The position numbers and the translations under genes are program-made. 64,000 nt of DNA from the IMG/VR virus record IMGVR_UViG_3300044712_001062, positions 71,062 to 135,061 of that record; one strand, given 5' to 3'. Below the pieces are notes generated by a model that had not been told where the DNA came from, searched no databases, and saw only the letters and a program-made list of their open reading frames with translations. This stretch comes from a virus. The number at the start of each line of letters is the position of its first letter. The first letter of the stretch is position 1. This document shows positions 8,854-18,429 of this stretch, in pieces.

Positions 8854-9315
8854 TTGGTAATGGGCGATCTATTGAATATGATGTATAGGATAAAGGTTGA
8901 TAGTGGTGTGGTTGATTTAGATTATTTGAATAAGATTGGGAGGTGTGATGAGTATTTTAGGTTGAAGGCTTTTGAATGGTGGATGAATGATAAGATGGGG
9001 GGTTTTGATAAAGTGGTTTTTGATAATGGTGGGATGTTTGTATTGAAGAATGAGAGAATGGTTGGCAGTGAATGGGGGATAGATGATCAAATTGAGGGTG
9101 ATGAGTTTTATAAATGGGGGATTGATGAATTTTGTAAGGCGATGTTTGTTTTTGGCGATTGGTGGAGGTGGGAGAGATTTCCTGGAGATTTGTATTTTGT
9201 AAAGGGGTGTGTTATTAGGGATATGATTGATGAATTGTGGAAAGGTGGTGAGGATTGGCTGGCATGTGCATTGGTGAAAAGTTTGGATAGGGGTGAAGGT
9301 ATTGTTTATACTTAG
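8854..9315 (+). CDS. hypothetical protein
   Basis: 153-aa ORF, rich in W/G/D. Confidence 0.55.
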   Translation: MVMGDLLNMMYRIKVDSGVVDLDYLNKIGRCDEYFRLKAFEWWMNDKMGGFDKVVFDNGGMFVLKNERMVGSEWGIDDQIEGDEFYKWGIDEFCKAMFVFGDWWRWERFPGDLYFVKGCVIRDMIDELWKGGEDWLACALVKSLDRGEGIVYT

Positions 9316-9429
9316 GGATTTTAATGGGGGTTAAAAATGAAGATTAATTACTAATCAATTATTGGGGTTTAAAAATGAGAAAGGTTTACTAATTGATTAT
9401 TGATAGAGGATCTGAAAATAATGTGATGA

Positions 9430-10158
9430 TCAAATTTCATCGAATTTTAATTTACGTGTTTTGATTTTTTCATATACGAGGCGGCGATCTTTCATGGTAG
9501 TTGGCTTTCCACAGTCAAGTCTTACATTGAAACGGGGAACATTCATGTGCATGTGTTTGTATAGTGCGAGATTGAGATCGTGGTGTTTGCGTTCATCTTC
9601 GTTTACGATGTGAGCAATACCAGTAATTTTCTTTTTATTGTGGTTATTTGGATCATGTTGGAATTCGTGCTGATTTGTTTCACAATCTATTGAGCAGAAT
9701 GAGCAGTCATATGGATTGGTTGTTTTGAAGGCACGTCCACACCACTCACAGTAGTACCAGATGGAACGATACCCACGATTATTATCAGCGCAATGTCGGC
9801 TGCAATAGATTTTCCGACCTTCTTCAATGTGAATTGAGTAGGCTTGAAAATCAGAGAAACATGCTGCACATCGTTTGGTCAGGAGTCCATCAGGTTTGAT
9901 TTTGTTTTTATTGGATGGTTTAAACCGATTGGAATTTCCACAATGCTTACAATATTGCTGATCTTTTTTATTGGTGAATTTAATTCGACCACATCTATCG
10001 CAGATTAAGACGAAACCGGATTTTGAGCCACGCCCGCATGGGGGTCGTTGATCTTCTACGATTTGCTTGTGTGCTGCGAATTTGGGATTGCGGAAGTTGT
10101 TTCGGTAGTCTTTTTCGGTTGCGAGTTTTATGAATTCATCAAATGGAATGGTTGACAT
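9430..10158 (-). CDS. multi zinc-finger protein
   Basis: Repeated CxxC and (Y/F)CSxxC motifs: CDRC, CKHC, CAAC, YCSRHC, CEWC, FCSIDC. Confidence 0.7.
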   Translation of the reverse strand: MSTIPFDEFIKLATEKDYRNNFRNPKFAAHKQIVEDQRPPCGRGSKSGFVLICDRCGRIKFTNKKDQQYCKHCGNSNRFKPSNKNKIKPDGLLTKRCAACFSDFQAYSIHIEEGRKIYCSRHCADNNRGYRSIWYYCEWCGRAFKTTNPYDCSFCSIDCETNQHEFQHDPNNHNKKKITGIAHIVNEDERKHHDLNLALYKHMHMNVPRFNVRLDCGKPTTMKDRRLVYEKIKTRKLKFDEI

Positions 10159-11147
10159 TGGGTTTCTCCAAGTAATAGTTCTCCAAGTGGATATTATTGA
10201 TCAATAAGTGAATTGATTGGTAATATATTGGTGGTTATTATATTTAATAGTAGTGAGGGTGATATTTGATTAGTTGGAAAATTTAGAAGCAGTATATTTT
10301 TTTGATTGGTAAAATTGAGAAGAATAATAGTTTTGTTGGGTGTATAAGTGATTGCTTATAGTCTTTTGGTGGTGTGATCTGCAGTGGAAATCGTGCTTGG
10401 TGAGTGGAAGATTGGAGGGGTGATTGGATTGGAGGGTAGATTGGGGTTGGATTTTTCAGGAGTTACAAAGGGTTTATATACTGGTAGAGACAATACTACT
10501 CACCTCTGGGATGGATGAATAAAGTAGTGTGTGTGATATTGAGGTTAGAAATGGAATGGGGGCTGATGCTTCCCCCTTTTCCGTTTTTAAGTGCTACATA
10601 TATATATGACCCCCCAAAAAAAAGGTGGGGGGTTTACCCAGGGACCATTGAACTATAACATAACCACAATTTAAATTCCAAGTAAGATTCTTTTTTATTT
10701 TAGTGCCAATTTTGTTTTCATATAGTATCTGCGTTTTGGGTAACAAATCGCAAAAGTGATTTTCAAAAAGGAGAAAGCACATGCTCCAGTTTTAAGATCT
10801 GGATTTTTATCTATCCCAAACTGACTTTCGGATCGATTTTTTTAGATATAATTCTCGCGCCTGCCAGCGATAACGATTTAATAAAAGATTATAAAATATT
10901 TATTGATCCCAGTTTGCTTCTCTTACTTCCCCCCGATTATTGGCAAAATGGGCTTGAATCTGGAATTCGACAGTATACAATGCTTGGATAATTTTATCGA
11001 GCAAGAATTATACGGTTTGCTTTGTTTACAAATCAGAGAATAGAACTTGCTTTGTTTAAAAAATCCAAGAAAGGTTTATATGTGGGCAATAAATGTGGAG
11101 GCTTAACAAAAATTGAGGAAAGTGGTGTGAAAAATATAAAATTTGAT

Positions 11148-11363
11148 CTATAAAATTTTCCACTTGGATCTAATTTTGTCAGACTTGAGGTAGGCTTTGG
11201 TGAGGAGATCTTCAGCACGCCTGATATCTGCATCAATGCCACTGAGTTCCATGAGTAAGGTGGTGGAGGCTTCTCGATAGCCACTTCTGGCCATTTCATT
11301 AGCGTGGTTTGTGCATAATTTTTTGATTTGGTTGATTTCCTGGAGGGTGCTTTCCATCGACAT
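11148..11363 (-). CDS. small helical hypothetical protein
   Basis: 71 aa, with a TTTAAAA box ~30 nt upstream. Confidence 0.55.
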   Translation of the reverse strand: MSMESTLQEINQIKKLCTNHANEMARSGYREASTTLLMELSGIDADIRRAEDLLTKAYLKSDKIRSKWKIL

Positions 11364-11494
11364 ACATATTACATGGGCGTATTAGGTTTTAAAGGTTGTT
11401 ATTGGGGTGTCTTGGATTGAGAAAATATGACATTTTGATAGATGGGCTTAAATATATGGATAGATTTTTATAGTTTGGTGTTTTATTTGTATGT

Positions 11495-11560
11495 GCCAAA
11501 CGGGACAGATGACAAGGAAAGAGGAGAATCATTTCCTTTTTCCTGTTGTTTGTTTCAAGG
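11495..11560 (+). ncRNA. hairpin sRNA family copy 1
   Basis: TTTTTATA at 11465, then TTTGTATGTGCC, then a ~25-bp purine/pyrimidine stem with about 8 G-U pairs. Confidence 0.65.
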
Positions 11561-11797
11561 TGGTTTTCGAAATTTTATAATACCCGAGATATCGGTTATT
11601 AAATGCATGTTGTTAACTTTTCTATTTTGTTCAATGTGTCCGGAGCCATCGGACATTGGATATAATACCCCCGAATGGTGTTGTTAAATTATATTAATTG
11701 ATTATTATAATTTGTTCATCGGTCAGTGTAACACGGACCAGCCTAAACTTATAAAGATTTTGGTGCGCAAATGTTTCTGGCTAAAAGAGTTCAAAGA

Positions 11798-11853
11798 CTG
11801 CTCTAAACAAAACAAAGAAGGAAGGTTTTCCCTTTTCGTTTTGCTCGTTAGGC
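11798..11853 (-). ncRNA. hairpin sRNA family copy 2
   Basis: TATATAAA at 11883, TTTGTATGTGCC, a stem, ending TTGTTTAGAGCAG. Convergent with copy 1. Confidence 0.65.
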
Positions 11854-11997
11854 ACATACAAATAAGTATTGACTGTTTATATACTTATTGATGGCACACA
11901 CATTCGAACGCTATTGAGGTTGTTGGTTGGTGGTATGGTTGATCGTTTTATGGATTATAATGGCATGGTGTGATGATGTGAGATGATGATAGGCATT

Positions 11998-12132
11998 TTT
12001 TCGCGGTAACTATAGAGGTTTTTTGTATTGTCTTTTTTTAGAAAAAATACCTGGAAAAGTTTAGGTAAAAATTTCGCGGTAACTGGGAAGACTTTTTTCT
12101 TTGTTTTTTTAAATTAAAAATACCTGGAAAAG
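11998..12132. repeat. imperfect tandem duplication with ~73 bp period
   Basis: TTTCGCGGTAACT at ~11999 and 12072; AAAAATACCTGGAAAAG at 12043 and 12116. Confidence 0.75.
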
Positions 12133-12782
12133 CAAAGTTAAAAAATTTTAGTAAAGTTAAAAGATGTTGAATTGTGTGGTCACTTATATCCTGGGATTAA
12201 TATATTAAAATTTGAATAAAAGTAAGGTGGTTTGATAGGTAGTATTATAGTAGGTTGTGGTGTTGTTTGGTATTTAAAGGAAGATAGATCGATAGGTTTA
12301 TATATTTTTAGATCTAATTTTATTATGTCAAAGGTGAAGTGAATGTATAAATCAAAAATGTATAAAACCAAAGTGGCTTTGTTGTTTGGACTGAATACTG
12401 TATTATTGTATACAATTGTATTTGTATCATGGTTTAAGGTGTTCTGATGTTGTTACAAGGTGAATACCCCCATTTGGTTGAAGGACTTATAAATCAGTAC
12501 AAATGTTTAAACTGTGGACATTATTTACAACTTGTTTCACTTGGTTATAATTATCCAGATATGATAATATGCGATCAGAAAGAATGTTCATATATGAAGG
12601 TGCTATAAAATGGAAAAAATCGAATGTAGTTTAATTACTGCTATGGAGATCATGAATGAGAATTATGCTTTGTATACTTTAGAACGAGATATGACTAATT
12701 ATACCTGGTATCATAATGGTGTTGGATTAGGATCTTACAATGAGTATACAAAGGAATTTGTGTATAGGGAGGTTTGATTATT

Positions 12783-13211
12783 ATGGATAAATCAGAATTA
12801 ATTAAAAAGATACTTGATAACATGGAATATATGGAAGAGATTCGTGGAGGTATCTGGAAATGCAAAGATGAGACTTATCAGGATCTATACTTTGAGGCTC
12901 ATCAAGATATGCTTCCTGATGATTGGAGATATAAGATGATACATGATAGTTTGATCGCGCTCGGGGAAGTCGAAGAAGGCTATGATGTCATGGAAGCATT
13001 AGACAGCCATATACCAATTTATACTCATGAACTCATGGCATGGATGGGATCAAGGAATGATAGATATAGTTATGTTGATCAGGCAATTGAAGATTTTGGT
13101 AAGGCTGACAGCATCATTAATGATATCATGGCGGGATATCTGAAGGAATTGGAAGAGGTTTATTATTCAGTTGATCAGTGGATAGATGAACATGTTGATG
13201 AGGATTTATAA
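12783..13211 (+). CDS. Ocr (T7 gp0.3)-like acidic DNA-mimic protein
   Basis: Very D/E-rich. YDVMEALDSHIPIYTHELMAWMGS resembles T7 Ocr [25 protein letters not shown]. Acidic C-terminal tail; GGAGGT SD upstream. Confidence 0.6.
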   Translation: MDKSELIKKILDNMEYMEEIRGGIWKCKDETYQDLYFEAHQDMLPDDWRYKMIHDSLIALGEVEEGYDVMEALDSHIPIYTHELMAWMGSRNDRYSYVDQAIEDFGKADSIINDIMAGYLKELEEVYYSVDQWIDEHVDEDL

Positions 13212-13693
13212 TGGTAGTGAATATGGAAGACTCAAATCCTATTGCATTGGCTAATGAGATGCATATTGTATATGATAGACTCAAGGATCATGAAGATTCT
13301 TTATGGCCTTTGGAAGATGGGGGACATTACCATAAGGTATTTTTTGGGCAGATATGGATTAGTGATATTTGGAATGATGTTGAAGAAGCGCTTGAATCGT
13401 ATGGTCTTTGGATAGAGACAGGGGAAGATGATGGCGCTGATGTTTACGTATGTGGGAATGACACATTACATTTTTGTAAAAATTGCAAGTGGATGGATAA
13501 AGGAGAGTATGAATTAAGATTAGAGGTTTGTAGATGTTATAAACCTCAAAATATTATCCAAAGAGGAAATATCTTAAAATTTGATCATTGCGATAAGGGA
13601 TCATTGGCTTGCTATTATTATGTAGAAAGGACTGATGATAATGCGAATGACTATAAGGATACATTAGAATTTAAAGCAGGATGTTATCTATGA
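13211..13693 (+). CDS. acidic hypothetical protein with Cys-rich C-terminal part
   Basis: Translationally coupled to the Ocr-like gene (TAATG); contains CKNC. Confidence 0.6.
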   Translation: MVVNMEDSNPIALANEMHIVYDRLKDHEDSLWPLEDGGHYHKVFFGQIWISDIWNDVEEALESYGLWIETGEDDGADVYVCGNDTLHFCKNCKWMDKGEYELRLEVCRCYKPQNIIQRGNILKFDHCDKGSLACYYYVERTDDNANDYKDTLEFKAGCYL

Positions 13694-13905
13694 GTGATGA
13701 TTTGAAATTTTTAGCGGATGAGATCAATAGGAAAAATGCTCTATTGCGATATTATCGTTCAAGGGTTGATCCTCATAGTCATATGGCTGCAATTGCCATA
13801 AGTGGTGAGTTAGAAGGATTGAGAAGGCAAAGGGATCAAGTTAAGGCAGATGTAAGGCTGGATAGGTTGATCAGTAGATATCCAAATGTTAGGAGGTTAC
13901 TTTAA
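13690..13905 (+). CDS. hypothetical helical protein
   Basis: ATGA overlap with the upstream gene. Confidence 0.55.
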   Translation: MSDDLKFLADEINRKNALLRYYRSRVDPHSHMAAIAISGELEGLRRQRDQVKADVRLDRLISRYPNVRRLL

Positions 13906-13920
13906 TTTTTTTTTAATGGC

Positions 13921-14460
13921 CAGTGATATTTTTGTGATATTTTTGTGATATTTTTTTTTCGATTTTTTCAAGTGTTACGAATGTGAGATTTTTCACATCA
14001 CAATTTTTCCAGTGATGTTGGTGTTACGAATGTCCAGGTTAGTGTTATCACAATTTGTTCAGTGATATCACAAAATAGTGTTATGGATTTGATGATTGGT
14101 GTTACTGTGATGTGGGTTTGTATGTGGTGATGTTAGATCGGCGGGTTAATAGTGGGGGGATTGACGAATGGTTGGTGATGTGGGGTTAGTGATATCACTG
14201 GGAATAAAAAACGGGGCGGTAGCGGTGGGTAATACATGAAAGCTGGTGTATATAAATCAATCCCAATATTTTCCAATTTTATCAACCGAAAATTTAATCA
14301 ACCAAAAAAACATATTAAAAATTACACCCATAAAATTTCAAAATTACATCCACACCTCCATTAAATTTTATCAAACGAAAAATCTACCCAACCCCCTCCT
14401 ATTTTTATCAAACGAAAAAATTAACTTTGATACCATCATTCATTCTATCAAACGAAACTT
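13921..14460. repeat. iteron-like repeat cluster at the strand-skew switch (putative replication origin or genome-end region)
   Basis: More than 10 GTG(A/T)TAY motifs in 13921-14200, including GTGTTACGAATGT x2 and palindromic AGTGATATCACT. TATCAA(A/C)CGAAA x4 at ~14280, 14369, 14406 and 14446. The + strand flips from G/T-rich to C/A-rich at ~14230. Confidence 0.6.
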
Positions 14461-14489
14461 TCAAATAATGTAAACAACCACCACCCCTT

Positions 14490-14732
14490 ATGTCTAAAAA
14501 ACGCACTTGCACTTGTGAATTTTGCTCCACCACCTTCCCAACCTACCTCAACGAACTTCTCCGTGGTCGTGCACAAACTTGCTCCAAACAATGTGCAGGA
14601 AAATTCAAGCATAAGAGCGCCACGAGCAAAATATGCCCCATATGTTCAACAAAGTTTTCAACTTACTCCAATAGAACTCATTGTTGCAACGAATGCCAAG
14701 ATATATCAAAGGCACTCCTTTCACAACCTTAA
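14490..14732 (+). CDS. small zinc-finger protein
   Basis: CEFC, TCSKQC, CPIC and CCNEC motifs. Confidence 0.65.
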   Translation: MSKKRTCTCEFCSTTFPTYLNELLRGRAQTCSKQCAGKFKHKSATSKICPICSTKFSTYSNRTHCCNECQDISKALLSQP

Positions 14733-14746
14733 AATAACGTCAATAA

Positions 14747-15022
14747 GTGATCACTATTATGGAACCAATTACCATAATCGGCTATATCCTATCAGCTCTT
14801 ATAGTCGGAATACCCCTAGTCTACACCTATTCGAAAAAACTTGGTCTTGCCCTATCATTCATCTATGAATTCCTAAACATCATCTCATCATACATGAATG
14901 GCGATCTCGATCACGAATTCACAGATTCTGAAAAACTCGCTCTTGCAGATTCAGTAATTGCTCTCGGCAAGCGAATCGACGAAAATCTAGACATCGACGC
15001 CATATTAAATTTTAAAAAATAA
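14747..15022 (+). CDS. small membrane protein (holin-like topology)
   Basis: N-terminal TM helix and charged C-terminus. Confidence 0.5.
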   Translation: MITIMEPITIIGYILSALIVGIPLVYTYSKKLGLALSFIYEFLNIISSYMNGDLDHEFTDSEKLALADSVIALGKRIDENLDIDAILNFKK

Positions 15023-15148
15023 TTGATCATTAAACAAATCTAATTTTTAAACCACAAAAATGATCAGATCTCATAGAAAACTTTTTATAAAGTAAAATTG
15101 CATATTATGTGTAGCATTTATTCGAACCGAAAACCTACAGTGATCACT

Positions 15149-15385
15149 ATGGTAGATATTGCAGCAGAAAAAATCATTAAGGAATATCCAAATGGATATA
15201 CTATTAGACAGGACGCCGATCTGACCAACAAGGAAGATGGAATTACTTACTCCGATTACCAGATCGTCAATCCGCAGGGCAAAGTCCTTGTTCACGATGA
15301 AGATCTTGGAGTTCTCGAATCCTTCATTGCAAACCCAGTGTTCCTTGAGCGCCTGGAAAAATCCGGGTCAATCGTCAAACGCTAA
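15149..15385 (+). CDS. hypothetical protein
   Basis: Likely start MVDIAAE; codon style resembles the highly expressed structural genes. Confidence 0.6.
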   Translation: MVDIAAEKIIKEYPNGYTIRQDADLTNKEDGITYSDYQIVNPQGKVLVHDEDLGVLESFIANPVFLERLEKSGSIVKR

Positions 15386-15497
15386 TTGACAATTAACAAT
15401 TAACTTTTCAAGATACCAAATCACCTCCTTCTATTTTTCCCCAAACAAAACCATCCGAGTAATAAGTTTTATATACTCAACCACCCTACACTACTCC

Positions 15498-16193
15498 ATG
15501 GATTTAACATTAGCAATCATCCTATTCACTTTGATCGCCATAACGATCATCTTCCTATTCCCAGACATAATCGGCCTCATAGCCATATTTGGATTATTCA
15601 CCCTAATGTTTCTATTCCCCCTCATCTTCATAGGCTGCGGAACAAATCAAATCGCCTTTAACGAAGATACTAACACCACAACATTTGGCAAATCCCAATG
15701 GAAATTACCCTGGCAAAAATCCTCGGTAATGCCCAACACCCCTGATAAAATCTACCATGATATAACCCTAACAACTTACACATCTGAAGGAACCCCCATC
15801 AACTTCTACTTCGACATGCAAAATGTCAAATTCAACAAGGTGGGCTTCGATAAATTCCAAATCCACAGCCAATCCGACTACAACAAAGTAATGAACGATC
15901 TAGTAATCCGAATTGTATCCAAACACACCTCAACATGGACCAACGATTACGCTCATTACACCGGGACCAAACTAGACGACGAAATCGGCCAGGAAATCTA
16001 CGACTACATCCAAAATTCAGATTACCATACTCTCTTCAAATACACCGAAACCCCCTATGACAAGAGACGCCTCAACATGTTCCTGTTCTCAATAGCAGGT
16101 AGCAACGAACTCGAAAGTCCCTACACCTGTATAGATTACAGCGGATACTGCCAAGGATTAACCACCGCAACAAACATCAAAAAATCCAATTAA
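15498..16193 (+). CDS. membrane-anchored SPFH/band-7-like protein
   Basis: Two N-terminal TM segments, then GKSQWKLPWQ and TYTSEGTPINF (SPFH-like motifs). TTTATATA box 30 nt upstream. Confidence 0.5.
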   Translation: MDLTLAIILFTLIAITIIFLFPDIIGLIAIFGLFTLMFLFPLIFIGCGTNQIAFNEDTNTTTFGKSQWKLPWQKSSVMPNTPDKIYHDITLTTYTSEGTPINFYFDMQNVKFNKVGFDKFQIHSQSDYNKVMNDLVIRIVSKHTSTWTNDYAHYTGTKLDDEIGQEIYDYIQNSDYHTLFKYTETPYDKRRLNMFLFSIAGSNELESPYTCIDYSGYCQGLTTATNIKKSN

Positions 16194-16234
16194 CACCAAA
16201 ACATTTTTATACTATTAAAAATATACTATAAATC

Positions 16235-16816
16235 ATGAAAGAAAAAATTTTATCAAATCTCATACTTAACACTACTTGTGAATATTCAGAATTCATCATC
16301 CCACTATCATTACTCACACAATCCAACAACCAAACATTATCAAAAAAAGTCACATTCAATGCTGATTGGTGTAATACATCACCCGAAGAAATAAAGAGTG
16401 GTATAGCAAAAACTTCTTTAATGCTATCGAATCGCATAGATCTCGAAATTATAAAACTATTAATTAATTTTCAAAACCCACTTACTTTCATATCTAAAGA
16501 TAAATGGAAAAATGGAGGGATTGCATATGACATTGGGGAATCAATTCCACAAGAACACATAACACTATTCTATCCACTCAAACTATACCAGTATAATATA
16601 CATGAGCAACTTAAAGAACTTTCAAATTTCCATACAATAAAAGCAATTGGCACTATGAAATTGAACCGCATAAATAAGGCAATAGTAATCGCATCTGAAA
16701 CCCCAATACAAATAACATATAATATATCATTCGATGGCGATCAAATGGGCAATTTCGATTACACTATTAAAATAGATCCAAATGCTGATATCTACATCAT
16801 AGAAAATATTTGCTAA
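16235..16816 (+). CDS. truncated, diverged paralog of the major capsid protein
   Basis: Four colinear blocks shared with 26569..27519: NRIDLEII/NKRDLNIL, W..GG..YDIG/W..AG...GDIG, FYPLKLY/YYPLKLF, IGTMKLN/IGSTKLN. Confidence 0.7.
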   Translation: MKEKILSNLILNTTCEYSEFIIPLSLLTQSNNQTLSKKVTFNADWCNTSPEEIKSGIAKTSLMLSNRIDLEIIKLLINFQNPLTFISKDKWKNGGIAYDIGESIPQEHITLFYPLKLYQYNIHEQLKELSNFHTIKAIGTMKLNRINKAIVIASETPIQITYNISFDGDQMGNFDYTIKIDPNADIYIIENIC

Positions 16817-17027
16817 AATCACCCACCCCTATTTTATTCCCTGCAAAAAATATGCGCTAATGGTTCTCCAAGTCATTATATACAACCTGAACACCCCCAA
16901 CCTACCAAACATTTAAATACTTTAACTACCAACATACTAAATGCAAGGGATGTTGTTAACTGATCCACTAACAAACCCTTAAAATTCGATCATTAATTAA
17001 TCAATGATCACCAAGGAGCAAATTCAA

Positions 17028-17252
17028 ATGTCAAACGAAGTATCTTACCCAATCGCAACTACCGAATCAATCATTAAGAAGAATGCAGGCGTTCACCGCA
17101 TTTCACATGGCGCTGGAGTAAAACTCGCAAGTCTCGCAGCATCACATATCATCGATCTCGCAACCAAGGCCAACACCGTGGCAACTCACGCTGGACGCAC
17201 TACGATCCGCGAAGAAGATATCGATGTAGTTCTCGGCCTCTCCTCAAATTAA
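17028..17252 (+). CDS. archaeal histone (HMf-type single histone fold)
   Basis: PIA...IIK..AG..RIS...HAGRTTIREEDI matches the HMfB pattern; GGAG SD at 17015. Confidence 0.92.
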   Translation: MSNEVSYPIATTESIIKKNAGVHRISHGAGVKLASLAASHIIDLATKANTVATHAGRTTIREEDIDVVLGLSSN

Positions 17253-17325
17253 AAATTTAACTTCTCCAAGTCTAAAATCTGAATCATACGTGGCATAATC
17301 AACCATTACTTTTTTAAATTATCAC

Positions 17326-17398
17326 AGTCCTATAGTGTAGTGGCCAACCATACTGGATTTTGAGTCCGGTGACACCAGTTCGAATCTGGTTAGGACTA
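17326..17398 (+). tRNA. tRNA-Gln(UUG)
   Basis: Acceptor AGTCCTA/TAGGACT-A (A1:U72, typical of archaeal tRNA-Gln), anticodon arm CTGGA-TTTTGAG-TCCGG, T arm ACCAG-TTCGAAT-CTGGT. Confidence 0.93.
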
Positions 17399-17570
17399 TC
17401 ATGAAAACCTTAAATTTCTCCAAACCTTCACCAAACCCAACCATTCAAATGATCGCACAAATGGTCCATCACAACGAACTACCATTTACACACGCTCTAT
17501 ACATCCTCCAGGTCGATCCTGAAGAACTTCAAGCACTACTAACAATCTACCCTAAAAAAGTTTAAAAAAA

Positions 17571-17891
17571 TTAATGTGAATGATTACAAGTAGTTGCCTG
17601 ACAATCACAACCAATCGATGTCCAAGAAGTATTATGAGTAAGTTCAATACCATTCACATAAAGAAGCCCACTCACTACACTACCACTTGGCACTTCAACA
17701 TCTTCTAAATCCTGATTGACAAATTCCTCGAATTCTTCTTGCAATCTACCTAATTCCTCACACTTCCGATCAATTTCACCTTCCAATCTCTCAATCTTAC
17801 TCAATTTCCCCTTAATCTGATCCTTAACCCACTTAATTTTCTTCTCCATCATTTCACTCTCAACTTCATCAACTAATTCGCCAATAATCAT
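17571..17891 (-). CDS. coiled-coil protein
   Basis: E/K heptad-rich; GAGGT SD upstream. Confidence 0.6.
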   Translation of the reverse strand: MIIGELVDEVESEMMEKKIKWVKDQIKGKLSKIERLEGEIDRKCEELGRLQEEFEEFVNQDLEDVEVPSGSVVSGLLYVNGIELTHNTSWTSIGCDCQATTCNHSH

Positions 17892-17956
17892 AATAAATTA
17901 CCTCTATAACTTAACTTTTATACCTAACAATATATAAAACTATCCCAAAAACCCAC

Positions 17957-18223
17957 CTAATTATACTTCTCAATTACATCCATCATGCCTTCAAACAACT
18001 CCTGCCCCAATTTCGTAACAAAAACAACCACATCATTCCCATTGGATCTTTGCCCAACTAACCCGCCATTCACTAAAATCTCCAATGTCTGAACAGCCTT
18101 AATACCCCCCAACTCCAATGGCCCATTCTCATAAATGTCCACAAAAACATCATAAGTTCGCTCATTCAACGCAACAACATTATTTCTATATTCTTCATAA
18201 TATTTTAAGGGGGTTCTTTTCAT
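17957..18223 (-). CDS. possible winged-helix protein
   Basis: C-terminal LVNGGLV...VFVTKLGQELF resembles the wing of a wHTH domain. Confidence 0.45.
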   Translation of the reverse strand: MKRTPLKYYEEYRNNVVALNERTYDVFVDIYENGPLELGGIKAVQTLEILVNGGLVGQRSNGNDVVVFVTKLGQELFEGMMDVIEKYN

Positions 18224-18429
18224 TATTCCCCACCCTTTTCAAACTCAATAACAATCTTTTCGATCATCTTACAAATTTCATTGCAAATTTCGGCCAATTC
18301 ATAAAACAATAAACTTATGACCTCAAAAATCATCCCCATAAAAGCAAATGGCAACATAAAAACCAACACTATAAACAACCTAATCCCCTTACGATAATTT
18401 TCCATATTCAACCATCCCCCAACAAGCAT
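18223..18429 (-). CDS. small membrane protein
   Basis: Hydrophobic core; coupled to neighbouring ORFs. Confidence 0.5.
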   Translation of the reverse strand: MLVGGWLNMENYRKGIRLFIVLVFMLPFAFMGMIFEVISLLFYELAEICNEICKMIEKIVIEFEKGGE

